Source of the DNA: a virus
Taxonomy: Duplodnaviria > Caudoviricetes
Virus record (IMG/VR): IMGVR_UViG_3300025018_000309
Location: 1 to 36,671 of that record
Length of the DNA: 36,671 bases
Strand: one strand, 5' to 3'
In this document: piece after piece, positions 20,202 to 28,319 of the stretch
Layout of the letters: each line of letters opens with the position of its first letter
Numbering within the stretch: the first letter of the stretch is position 1
The notes under the pieces: generated by a model
Seen by the model: only the letters and a program-made list of their open reading frames with translations
What the model was told of the DNA's origin: nothing
Database searches by the model: none
Made by a program: the position numbers and the translations under genes

Positions 20202-20588
20202 ATGAAACACGCTGAATTAATACGCTCCTACCTACCCGACCGAACAATAGGCATGCTTGGAAAGTGGCGAACGCTGGAAAGGCCGTGGCTTGATAATGAG
20301 CCAAACGAAAGCTGCATTCCAGAAGGCACTTATATGTGTTTTCGTGATCGCTCAGGACGCTTTCAATATTACCGCATTGAGAACGTGGCAGGCCGAACGC
20401 ACATTGAATTCCACGGCGGCATATTTCCGACGCATAGCGATGGGTGCGTATTAATTGGCATGGAGCATGACACAAGATACAATCTTATAAACCCGGAAGA
20501 TGCACTGGCGCAAATGCTAGATGAATTTGGAGATGACCCGTTTATTCTAACTGTGCGGCAGTTTAACCCGCATTTTGATAAGTGGTGA
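20202..20588 (+). CDS. DUF5675-family protein, putative endolysin
   Basis: TLERPWLDN, SCIPEGTY, GRTHIEFHGG, SDGCVLIG; first gene of the lysis region. Confidence 0.8.
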   Translation: MKHAELIRSYLPDRTIGMLGKWRTLERPWLDNEPNESCIPEGTYMCFRDRSGRFQYYRIENVAGRTHIEFHGGIFPTHSDGCVLIGMEHDTRYNLINPEDALAQMLDEFGDDPFILTVRQFNPHFDKW

Positions 20589-20591
20589 GCT

Positions 20592-20915
20592 ATGGATATT
20601 AGGAGTACCGATCCGTTGGATAATGCCGAAGAAATCATTAAGTTAAGAACCCGGTTTGAAATCCACTTAGATGAGTATAGGGCGCACGTGTTAGAAGAAG
20701 AGAGGCGTTATATGCAAGTTATGATGCAGCTTGAGGCAACATCAAATAACATAACTAATTTAACAAGAGCGTTAGAGCTCCAAGCTCACGCTACAGATGG
20801 ATTAGTTAAGGCATGGAACGCCATGTCATTTATACAAAAGTTTGCGCTATGGCTAACAGGGTTCTCCGGTGTGGGTTTTCTTATAGCATGGTATAACGAC
20901 CTTTTCCCAAAGTGA
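20592..20915 (+). CDS. Coiled-coil protein with C-terminal membrane anchor (lysis region)
   Basis: Heptad region followed by FALWLTGFSGVGFLIAW. Confidence 0.65.
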   Translation: MDIRSTDPLDNAEEIIKLRTRFEIHLDEYRAHVLEEERRYMQVMMQLEATSNNITNLTRALELQAHATDGLVKAWNAMSFIQKFALWLTGFSGVGFLIAWYNDLFPK

Positions 20916-20926
20916 GGTAGTAGAAG

Positions 20927-21106
20927 ATGAGCAATAAAACAACAGTTAAAGACATGGGTTTAGGCGGAGCTCTAGCGCTCATTATCCTATGGATCCTGGG
21001 GTTCTACCAACCTGAACTAGTATCGTCCTTGCCAATAGGAGGCGAAGCTGCTATCGCTTTAGTAATAGCCGCAATCTTCTCATACTTTAAAGAGAGCAAA
21101 CAATGA
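20927..21106 (+). CDS. Putative holin (59 aa, two TM helices)
   Basis: Not in the ORF track; SD GAGG; MSNKTTVKDMGLGGALALIILWILGFYQPELVSSLPIGGEAAIALVIAAIFSYFKESKQ. Confidence 0.65.
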   Translation: MSNKTTVKDMGLGGALALIILWILGFYQPELVSSLPIGGEAAIALVIAAIFSYFKESKQ

Positions 21107-21507
21107 AAATATTAGTTATAACGACCTTACTTATGGTAGGATCTCTGGCCTTTGCAGCAGATCTGAGTCCTCCAACTATAGCAGTAGAGCTTTCATGGGA
21201 ACCCGCGACCGAGCGGGAAGACGGGGCCGCGTTAACACCTGAGGAGGTTAAAGGGTACAAAATCAGGTACGGAACTGACGAGTCTCTGACGTCCAATACT
21301 CTAGATGTCGAAGGTCTTGGCACGACCATCACAGACCTTCCTAGTGGCGTATGGTATTTCGCTATCGCAACAACTGACTCAGACGGCTTCACAGGAGCTT
21401 TCTCAGAAATCATTTCTACTAAAGTCCCATCTTTGCCGACTCCTCCAAGTTGGTTTAAGGTAATCACAACAACGACCGTTCAAACAACAGTAGAGGTACA
21501 ACAATGA
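21103..21507 (+). CDS. Secreted fibronectin type III-like protein
   Basis: Signal peptide ending AFA; VELSWEP, GYKIRYG, TDLPSGVWYFAIAT. Confidence 0.75.
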   Translation: MKILVITTLLMVGSLAFAADLSPPTIAVELSWEPATEREDGAALTPEEVKGYKIRYGTDESLTSNTLDVEGLGTTITDLPSGVWYFAIATTDSDGFTGAFSEIISTKVPSLPTPPSWFKVITTTTVQTTVEVQQ

Positions 21508-21815
21508 TGAAAATACTGGTTCTAATCTTAGTCTTAGCACTATCTGGATGCAGTCTCTTTGAGGACAAGCTGAACAATGCCGTAGCGTTCACATCAGACC
21601 AAATTGTAACTTTGGCGCTTCAAGTAGAAAGAGCCCAAAGCTTAGGTAAAATCTCTGAGCCGCAAGGTGATAAGTATCTGACGTGGCTAATCTATGTGAA
21701 CGAATTGCTTCGCGGTTCGTCTGAAACGTTTAACGAGATAGAGATCTGCGACACGTCACAGACGAAGTTCCAATGTATCGATGCTGTTATGGCAACTATT
21801 GAGGAGGCGTTATAA
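21504..21815 (+). CDS. Lipoprotein
   Basis: Signal peptide with lipobox LSGC. Confidence 0.75.
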   Translation: MMKILVLILVLALSGCSLFEDKLNNAVAFTSDQIVTLALQVERAQSLGKISEPQGDKYLTWLIYVNELLRGSSETFNEIEICDTSQTKFQCIDAVMATIEEAL

Positions 21816-21994
21816 TGGACTTACAAACGGTAGTTTATCTGACTAGAGCCCTTGTTCAACTTGGCATCACTGCTGAGCAATACAAGGCCACAGTTAATAA
21901 TCCTGACATGACGGATACCGAGTTAGCTGAGCACCTTAAAGGTAATTCTGTCAAGATTACTGAATTACGTAATAAGACTCATAATCCTACATAG
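21815..21994 (+). CDS. Hypothetical protein (59 aa)
   Basis: SD GAGGAGG, TAATG coupling; MDLQTVVYLTRALVQLG... Confidence 0.6.
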   Translation: MDLQTVVYLTRALVQLGITAEQYKATVNNPDMTDTELAEHLKGNSVKITELRNKTHNPT

Positions 21995-22005
21995 GTAGAT
22001 CAATA

Positions 22006-22054
22006 AAGCAATACCTGGCGCTATACTACGTACATATAAACCCAGGTATTGCTT
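22006..22054. terminator. Inverted repeat where the two arms converge (probable terminator)
   Basis: AAGCAATACCTGG-N23-CCAGGTATTGCTT, perfect 13 bp. Confidence 0.55.
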
Positions 22055-22063
22055 AGAATCATC

Positions 22064-22558
22064 CTAGTCAAGCCCTACTTCAACCCACTTTCTTCCAGAT
22101 GATTCCCACAATTTCTGAGCATCCTTGTGTGGATACTTAGACTTGAACGCTATCACCTCACAACTAGTGTTAAGAAGCAGCTTCGTACAAGTAATACACG
22201 GGCTTACTGTCACGTAGGCAATATGTATCTGATATACATCCCTACACTGCAGCAACGCGTTCTGCTCTGCGTGTATCGCCTGACAAGCGTCTAAGTTAGT
22301 ACCACTAGGAGACGTAGCACCTTCACAAGAATTTGGGTAGACCGGCACGGCATACTCTCCTGTGCATCCGTGCTCAAAAGACTCCCCTGAAGGCTCATTG
22401 CAATGTGGTAGTCCTGCAGCTACGCCGTTATAACCAGTAGCGATTACATGGCCGCGGCGGTTCAGCATAACACACCCAACGCTTCGACGGCAGCAGGTGG
22501 ACCTTTTGGCTGTCAACTCTGCCATCTGCATAGCCCACTGGTGTCTACTGATTCTCAT
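22064..22558 (-). CDS. dCMP deaminase
   Basis: RSTC, VGC, ATGYNG, HAEQNA, SPCITC zinc-deaminase motifs; likely start ATG 22558. Confidence 0.92.
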   Translation of the reverse strand: MRISRHQWAMQMAELTAKRSTCCRRSVGCVMLNRRGHVIATGYNGVAAGLPHCNEPSGESFEHGCTGEYAVPVYPNSCEGATSPSGTNLDACQAIHAEQNALLQCRDVYQIHIAYVTVSPCITCTKLLLNTSCEVIAFKSKYPHKDAQKLWESSGRKWVEVGLD

Positions 22559-23354
22559 TAGCTTCTCCGACTCTGGTTTCCCACCAGCGTAACCACCAAT
22601 CACCAGGTCTTGAGTATCTGAGATCAGATAGCCTCTTCATAAGAGCAAAAGTGCTTCGGAACATCTTCTCCGGAGTTTTAGGTTGTAGACCAGGCAATGA
22701 GGATTCAAGACATGCGTTTGCGGCTTCAAAGTTTCTTGCGTATAGGTGAGACGAGGCAGCAGTTAGATACAAGTTACCAGGCTCAATAGAGACACCCTCA
22801 GCTGTCAACAAGCAACAAACTAAGTGACTGAGCATGCTGAAGTTGAAAACGTCGTAGGGAACCCCTAGCCATACATCAGAAGATCTCATGAAGACGTTAC
22901 AATTCAGTTTACCCTGTCTGATATTGAAGAACACCGCAATGGTACACGGCACGTCTTTAGTCTCAGGAGGGTTCTCTCGCCAGATCGTTAATCCGGCTTG
23001 TCGCGAATCCTGGTCCTGAACAAGTTTGTCTACCACGTACTGGAGCTGGCCGACAATCTTAGGGCCGTAGGCCCCAAAGAAAGTCTTACCATCATCACTG
23101 AACTGGGAAATATGCTTATTAAACGGCGCGATACCTTCAACCGAATCATCTCCGTTAAGAATCCAGTATGCTTCTGCCGTCATGAACGTATAGCTTAGTT
23201 TACGCTCACTCAAGTCTAGAACAGGGCGGCGCATATCGACTACCATTGTTCTCTGGAGTACCTCCTTCGTCTCTTGACCACGAGGAGATACTGTTGAGCC
23301 ATACGACATAATATCAGCCAAGCTGCTAATCCAAATAGAAGTGAAATTATCCAT
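22545..23354 (-). CDS. Thymidylate synthase homolog, predicted dCMP (hydroxy)methylase type
   Basis: SPRG, FSDDG...GAYG, DSRQA, catalytic DVPCT, MRSSDVWLGVPYD (Asp in place of the ThyA Asn), SSHLY. Confidence 0.85.
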   Translation of the reverse strand: MDNFTSIWISSLADIMSYGSTVSPRGQETKEVLQRTMVVDMRRPVLDLSERKLSYTFMTAEAYWILNGDDSVEGIAPFNKHISQFSDDGKTFFGAYGPKIVGQLQYVVDKLVQDQDSRQAGLTIWRENPPETKDVPCTIAVFFNIRQGKLNCNVFMRSSDVWLGVPYDVFNFSMLSHLVCCLLTAEGVSIEPGNLYLTAASSHLYARNFEAANACLESSLPGLQPKTPEKMFRSTFALMKRLSDLRYSRPGDWWLRWWETRVGEANENQ

Positions 23355-23724
23355 GACTTTTCTCCGTGGATGCAATATAGAACCCAGCATAGTTGATAAT
23401 ATCAAGGGCAGTGTCAGCCAGACCTTCGAAGTTGCTGTCTTTACCGTCCAGCTGCTTTTGGACAATAGAGTTGAACCGCTGCGCTTTAGTATGTAACATT
23501 TGCGCGTAGCTCACTGGACCAAACGGGAAATAGACAGAACGGTCTACTTTATGGGGGTTCTGATCTTTCCCGTGGTTGTAGTCTTGGCTCTTTCTGAGGC
23601 ACAGCAAAGCTGCAGAGGCCAGAGCACCAGGATGCCCACCACGCAGCTCTAGTTCTTGGAGCAATTCCTCAGTTGAAGCCTCTGCTATTGACTGGAAGAG
23701 CGAGCCCTGCTTTACTTTTCCCAT
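23347..23724 (-). CDS. Nucleotide-modification-associated helical protein (DUF1599/Nmad1-like)
   Basis: RKSQDY...TKAQRF...EGLADTALDIINYA. Confidence 0.7.
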   Translation of the reverse strand: MGKVKQGSLFQSIAEASTEELLQELELRGGHPGALASAALLCLRKSQDYNHGKDQNPHKVDRSVYFPFGPVSYAQMLHTKAQRFNSIVQKQLDGKDSNFEGLADTALDIINYAGFYIASTEKSHG

Positions 23725-24110
23725 GAGAGTATCTCCTTAAGCTTATCCTCAGGACCTGTCCAGCCAGCAGGCTTGACGACGTCTAGAGTAGTGCCGCGCT
23801 TCGACTGTCCTTCTGAAGTAGCACGCTCTTTCGCCATATTCGCGTCTTGCACAGCACCTTCGCCTACGGCCCATTGTTTAGGATTGATCCCCATGAACAA
23901 AGCAGTTCCATGGGCGACGTAGACAAGGTCGAGTAAAGCATCAAAAGCCTTGACTCTATCGCCGTCCTCTAAAGCTTCGTGAAGCTCGTCCAACTCCTCT
24001 TGCAGGAACCCAAGCCGGAAAGCCTGGGCATGACTATCACCTGTCAATTGATCTGTTTCCCCATCTGGCAGACCAAACTTCTTATGAAAATCCAGTACAT
24101 CTCCTATCAT
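23712..24110 (-). CDS. MazG-like all-alpha NTP pyrophosphohydrolase
   Basis: DFHKKFG, LQEELDEL, DALLDLVYVAHG, ANMAK, VVKPAGW. Confidence 0.88.
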   Translation of the reverse strand: MIGDVLDFHKKFGLPDGETDQLTGDSHAQAFRLGFLQEELDELHEALEDGDRVKAFDALLDLVYVAHGTALFMGINPKQWAVGEGAVQDANMAKERATSEGQSKRGTTLDVVKPAGWTGPEDKLKEILSWEK

Positions 24111-24916
24111 TTTACACCTCGTTTAGCGCGTCGTGACTGACGCTTGTTTTCAAGTGGCTTACGGCAGATCCAGAGATTATTGCGTGAATGATCTGGGTAC
24201 AGTGGCCCAAAAATATTACTGACGGCGTCATTGTCGAAATACTCACTGAGAGCTCGTCTCAACTGATCTACCTCCCCTTTACTAATACCGAGACCTGGGG
24301 TTACATGGTCTGCTTTACCTATATGCTTGATATCCATGAACGTGCCAAAGCGTCGCTCAACAGCGAACCCGGCGGCCTCAGTCTCATCTTGGAGCTCATC
24401 TACGTAGTACTCGTGGATATGGTTTGCCGCATGGCGCTTACCGTCGTAGACTGGCGTAGACATCAGCATTACGCCACCCGGCTTTAAACAAGCGAGCGAA
24501 GCTCTAAGAAGCTTCCGCCCTGCTTCAACTGGCATGTGCTCGATAACTTCAAAGTGCACTACTACGTCAAACAACCCGTGCTTGTCAACCAGTTCTTTAT
24601 GGCGAGTAGTAAAGTCGAACTCACCGTAAAAGTCAAGGCGCTGGCTCTTTGACTCTTTAAGCTTGTTAAGATCAACACCCACGTAGCGGTCAACATGCGC
24701 TGCAGCTCCGCCAGTCAGGATCTTGCTTAACGGCTTCTCTTCGCCGCACCCTACTTCTAAGACTGAGTCTTTAGGGGTTATGAAGCGACGAGCGAATGAC
24801 CAACGGAAGAAATGCGCAGAGTAATCTCTGTGCAAAGTCTTCCCATGGCCGTTAATTTTAAGTTGTGTAGTATCGAATTCATTACTACCTCGTTTAGACT
24901 TTCGTGTTATCGGCAT
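24107..24916 (-). CDS. Class I SAM-dependent methyltransferase (small-molecule type)
   Basis: VLEVGCGE, YVGVD, FDVVVHFEVIEHM, LKPGGVMLMSTP, HIHEY. Confidence 0.88.
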   Translation of the reverse strand: MPITRKSKRGSNEFDTTQLKINGHGKTLHRDYSAHFFRWSFARRFITPKDSVLEVGCGEEKPLSKILTGGAAAHVDRYVGVDLNKLKESKSQRLDFYGEFDFTTRHKELVDKHGLFDVVVHFEVIEHMPVEAGRKLLRASLACLKPGGVMLMSTPVYDGKRHAANHIHEYYVDELQDETEAAGFAVERRFGTFMDIKHIGKADHVTPGLGISKGEVDQLRRALSEYFDNDAVSNIFGPLYPDHSRNNLWICRKPLENKRQSRRAKRGVK

Positions 24917-24925
24917 AAGGTTCTC

Positions 24926-25555
24926 CTATCTAGCCTCTGGTGGGTTTTCGCCTTTCTTCTTAAGGTTGTTACGGTACCAGTTTACGTACCCGCGCTTTTT
25001 CTCGTCAAGCCCGAAAGCTTCTTTTACCTGCTCGAAGATCTCGTTGTCTGTAAGCTTGCCTGACATGATAAGATCTTGGAACATTTGGGATGCCGACTTA
25101 TACTCTGCCCCGTCTACAGGCGGAGCCGCAACCGGCTTCTTGGCCTTACGCCTAGATCTCACAACAGCCTTCTCAACTTCTTTAGCAACCTTTTTTGGCA
25201 GACTTATCAATCTACTTAGCATCTTTTCTTTGTCCTCATTAGTAATACTAACTATCCTTTCTAAATACATCACCACATCTTCAGAGGCACCAACAGCAGT
25301 TGCGTAGTTAACATATAGCTGGGCAACTTTATCGACTGGGAATCCACTAATTTCCGAGTACCGTTGGTAAAACGACTGCTCAAATGTTTCGCTTACTTGG
25401 AACCCATCTGCTATGTCCATGGATATAAATTTTACTATGCCGCCATCTAGTTTGTCAACCATCAGACAGATACGCCGCTGTGAATCCCAGAAAGCTTCTA
25501 CCTGTGGTCGGTTATTTCTTCTATGATCAAGCTTGTTTCTCATTTTCCTTCTCAT
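24926..25555 (-). CDS. Hypothetical protein with basic linker and C-terminal putative DNA-binding domain
   Basis: C-terminus resembles that of 26010-26507. Confidence 0.65.
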   Translation of the reverse strand: MRRKMRNKLDHRRNNRPQVEAFWDSQRRICLMVDKLDGGIVKFISMDIADGFQVSETFEQSFYQRYSEISGFPVDKVAQLYVNYATAVGASEDVVMYLERIVSITNEDKEKMLSRLISLPKKVAKEVEKAVVRSRRKAKKPVAAPPVDGAEYKSASQMFQDLIMSGKLTDNEIFEQVKEAFGLDEKKRGYVNWYRNNLKKKGENPPEAR

Positions 25556-25806
25556 TTCCCTTTCTCCTTGATTAATATTTCAGCATGCACGGATAGTTCC
25601 AGTAGTCCTTGTAGCCAGACTTTGGCCTCTTGGTAGTCGAAAGATCCGGTAGGGTCGAAGCGCATGGTAATTCTGCCATTGCGGTGCTCCTCAACTGAAG
25701 CTCGACGGCACCTGTCAATCATCAAGTCAAACCGCTTCAATGGCTTACGGCCGTCCATAACAGTGAGCTCTTTAATCTCAATAGTATCTTTATTACTCAC
25801 TGCCAT
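25552..25806 (-). CDS. Hypothetical protein (MAVSNKD...)
   Basis: SD AAGGGG before ATG 25806; ATGA overlap with the next gene. Confidence 0.6.
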   Translation of the reverse strand: MAVSNKDTIEIKELTVMDGRKPLKRFDLMIDRCRRASVEEHRNGRITMRFDPTGSFDYQEAKVWLQGLLELSVHAEILIKEKGK

Positions 25807-26008
25807 GGCATTCCCCTTTGTATGGAGGCCAGCCGGACCGCTCTTCAGGTGGCAAGTGTTTATCGCTATTCCAAAGTGCGACCATCTTACAATAGTGCTC
25901 TTCTTCAACGATCTCGTCCTTAAAGGCGAGGTCCCCTACAGCGGCGAATATGAGTAGTACGAATACTGCTGCGCAATACAATGCCTGTAATTTTGTTGAG
26001 TTATCCAT
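25793..26008 (-). CDS. Small membrane-anchored phage protein
   Basis: SD GAGGA; TM segment, then YCKMVALW...GWPPYKGEC. Confidence 0.65.
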   Translation of the reverse strand: MDNSTKLQALYCAAVFVLLIFAAVGDLAFKDEIVEEEHYCKMVALWNSDKHLPPEERSGWPPYKGECHGSE

Positions 26009-26009
26009 G

Positions 26010-26507
26010 CTAATCCTCAAATCTACGAACAATGTTATCCGCTGCAGTTTGCGGGTCAAAGGCTGGAGGGAGCTCACGCTTGCGACGCAGCTCGCACCGG
26101 TACCATGCAGGGTAGTGCTTCTTATCTTCGTTGAAACGTTCTTCGCCGTACTTCGCTTGAAGGGCTTTAAAGATCTCATCGTTAGTTGCCCCATCGAGGA
26201 TCATGTTTCTACAAAGATCGGAGATAGTAGGTTCTTTATCTGCCTTAACTGGCTTCTTCTTGGCGGCTTTCTTTGGCTTGGCCTTAACTTGTACCTGAAC
26301 AGACTTTTTAGCTCGGATCTCTTCCTGTATGCTGTCACACTTACGAACAGCCTTCGCCATAAGGTCCCAAGTTCTCTTCTGGCCTATAGGTTTTGTCGAG
26401 AATTTCTTTACTACCGGCTCTCCCAGGAATTCTGCATATTCATTATAGGCAGAGACTAACTGAGGCCCGGTAAGAGCCTCAAGTTCACTAGGCGTGAAAG
26501 TTTTCAT
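26010..26507 (-). CDS. Hypothetical basic protein, putative DNA-binding
   Basis: First gene after a promoter; KAKPKKAAKKKPVK linker; C-terminal helical WYR domain. Confidence 0.7.
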   Translation of the reverse strand: MKTFTPSELEALTGPQLVSAYNEYAEFLGEPVVKKFSTKPIGQKRTWDLMAKAVRKCDSIQEEIRAKKSVQVQVKAKPKKAAKKKPVKADKEPTISDLCRNMILDGATNDEIFKALQAKYGEERFNEDKKHYPAWYRCELRRKRELPPAFDPQTAADNIVRRFED

Positions 26508-26547
26508 ATTCGTAATTCCTCAGCAAGGTTTTGTTGATCTCAAGGCC

Positions 26548-26589
26548 ATTCTAATCTATCTCTACTGTGTTGTAAACACCTAATTACAA
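26548..26589 (-). promoter_or_regulatory. Promoter TTTACA-17-TAGAAT with TGTAA-N8-TTACA palindrome
   Basis: Same 19-mer as 501-519. Confidence 0.75.
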
Positions 26590-26590
26590 C

Positions 26591-28060
26591 TTACCTCATT
26601 TTCTTCAAGGCTGAGAATAGAGCGTTCTGGCCACGACGCTTCATCTTCAATGCCATTAAAATAACCTCGTCTATGGTACCTTCGGCAATGATATGGTGAA
26701 CAAAGACTCTCTTCGACTTATTACCTTGACGGCGTACTCTACGATTAAACTGGTCATAAAGCTCGAAGTCCCAAGTAAGTGAGTGCCACGCTATATGATG
26801 ACCGCATTCTTGTAGGTTCAGACCGTGCCCCATAGATTGAGGATGCCCGAATAGTATCGGTAACTCACCACGGTTCCACGCTTTCTCGAGTTCAGTAGCG
26901 CGGGCGGTTGATACCCCGCCACCGATATACGGGACATCTTTACCAAACCTCTTCTTGATTCTCTCAAGATCGTGTTGGAAGTCATAGGCTACGAGTAAGG
27001 GCGAACCTTGCAACTCCTCTACAAGTTCACTTAAAGCATCAAGCTTCGCTTCATGAAGGTCAACCCATTTACGCTTCCCAGTAGGAAGTTTTATAAGCGC
27101 CTCAACTTCCGCGTCTAAGTATATCCCACCATTCGCTACTTGGCGGCACTTCATGCTTGCAGCTCCTGCAGTCTTGGCAGTGATGAGACCTTCCTCAATC
27201 TTAGAAACAAGGTCATCTTCTACCTCGGTGTAAATCTTAGCCGCCTTGTCTGGTAATGTGACCTTAATATTGTTCTCAACAAGTTGAGGCATGTCAAGCA
27301 ATTCGTCTCCCATCCTCAGGACAAGAGGTCTAAGCCTCTCATAAATAGCCTCATCTGCCCCATCCTTAAGTGTCCAACTAAAACCGTCGTAACCTTGATC
27401 AAAATAGGTCATTCTGTACTGGGTGACGTACTGCCCGAGAGTTCGCCCTTGGTCTAAGATATAGCACTGCCCGAACAGATCCATGAGTCCATTTGATGCA
27501 GGAGAACCTGTCAATCCCCAACGTCTGGAGAACGTGTGTAGTATCAGCTTTATCGACTTAAACCTGTTGGTGTTCGTATGTTTAAACTTAGAAAGCTCAT
27601 CGATGACTAAAGTATCAAACCCTAGTGACTTCCATCTTCTCATGTCTACATTGACTCGAGTCTTCCCACTGGGAGTCTTAGACTTCTGAACTTGCAACAG
27701 CCAATCGATACCTTCAGGGTTGATGACATAGATGTCAGCTTCCTCGTCTAATAGCTCTTCTTTGCGTGGACCATGAAGAACAACAACCTTGAGTCTTTCA
27801 AAGTCCTGCCACTTCGTGATCTCTTTAGGCCATACAGAATGGCAGACTCTTAACGGTGCAACTAGCAGCACCTTGCTGAGGATCTTCTTCTCCTTAAGGA
27901 CCTTAATAGCAGCCAACGTAATAGATGTCTTACCGAGACCTGGATCTAAGAATAGCGCAGCGGCGGCGTGCTCTAGCAAGAATTTTACGGCTTTCTTTTG
28001 GTAGTCGTGGGGTTTCCACGGCGTTGATAACGGCTTCAAACGCGTCAATCGCATTCTCAT
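26591..28060 (-). CDS. SNF2-family (SF2) helicase
   Basis: HDYQ, DPGLGKT, VIDELS, LTGSP, GHGLNLQ, QFNRRVRRQG. Confidence 0.93.
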   Translation of the reverse strand: MRMRLTRLKPLSTPWKPHDYQKKAVKFLLEHAAAALFLDPGLGKTSITLAAIKVLKEKKILSKVLLVAPLRVCHSVWPKEITKWQDFERLKVVVLHGPRKEELLDEEADIYVINPEGIDWLLQVQKSKTPSGKTRVNVDMRRWKSLGFDTLVIDELSKFKHTNTNRFKSIKLILHTFSRRWGLTGSPASNGLMDLFGQCYILDQGRTLGQYVTQYRMTYFDQGYDGFSWTLKDGADEAIYERLRPLVLRMGDELLDMPQLVENNIKVTLPDKAAKIYTEVEDDLVSKIEEGLITAKTAGAASMKCRQVANGGIYLDAEVEALIKLPTGKRKWVDLHEAKLDALSELVEELQGSPLLVAYDFQHDLERIKKRFGKDVPYIGGGVSTARATELEKAWNRGELPILFGHPQSMGHGLNLQECGHHIAWHSLTWDFELYDQFNRRVRRQGNKSKRVFVHHIIAEGTIDEVILMALKMKRRGQNALFSALKKMR

Positions 28061-28319
28061 GAACTTCCACCTTGTATCCTAACCCACGAAGTTGCCCATG
28101 GGTCTGTATTTGCTTTACCCTGGGTTCTTCTCCAGGCCGTTTGAACTCAATAAGCAGAGGACACCCACCGGGGATCCAGAATATTCTATCTGGGTACCCA
28201 GTATCGCCTATTATCCTTAGTTTAGATCCTTCAATTCCTAAGTACTGCCAAACTAATCTACAAGCTTCCTGCTCTACCTCGCTTTCTACGGGGTTCGTTT
28301 GTTTTTTGACTACGGCCAT
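27930..28319 (-). CDS. VRR-NUC domain nuclease
   Basis: ESEVE, GYPDRI, IEFKRPG, Q...H..LRGLG; upstream of the SNF2 helicase. Confidence 0.88.
   Translation of the reverse strand: MAVVKKQTNPVESEVEQEACRLVWQYLGIEGSKLRIIGDTGYPDRIFWIPGGCPLLIEFKRPGEEPRVKQIQTHGQLRGLGYKVEVHENAIDAFEAVINAVETPRLPKESRKILARARRRCAILRSRSR

Noticed and set aside
24107-24916. DNA methyltransferase of a restriction-modification system
   Set aside because: It lacks PC and DPPY/NPPY catalytic motifs; the EVIEH/STP pattern fits small-molecule methyltransferases
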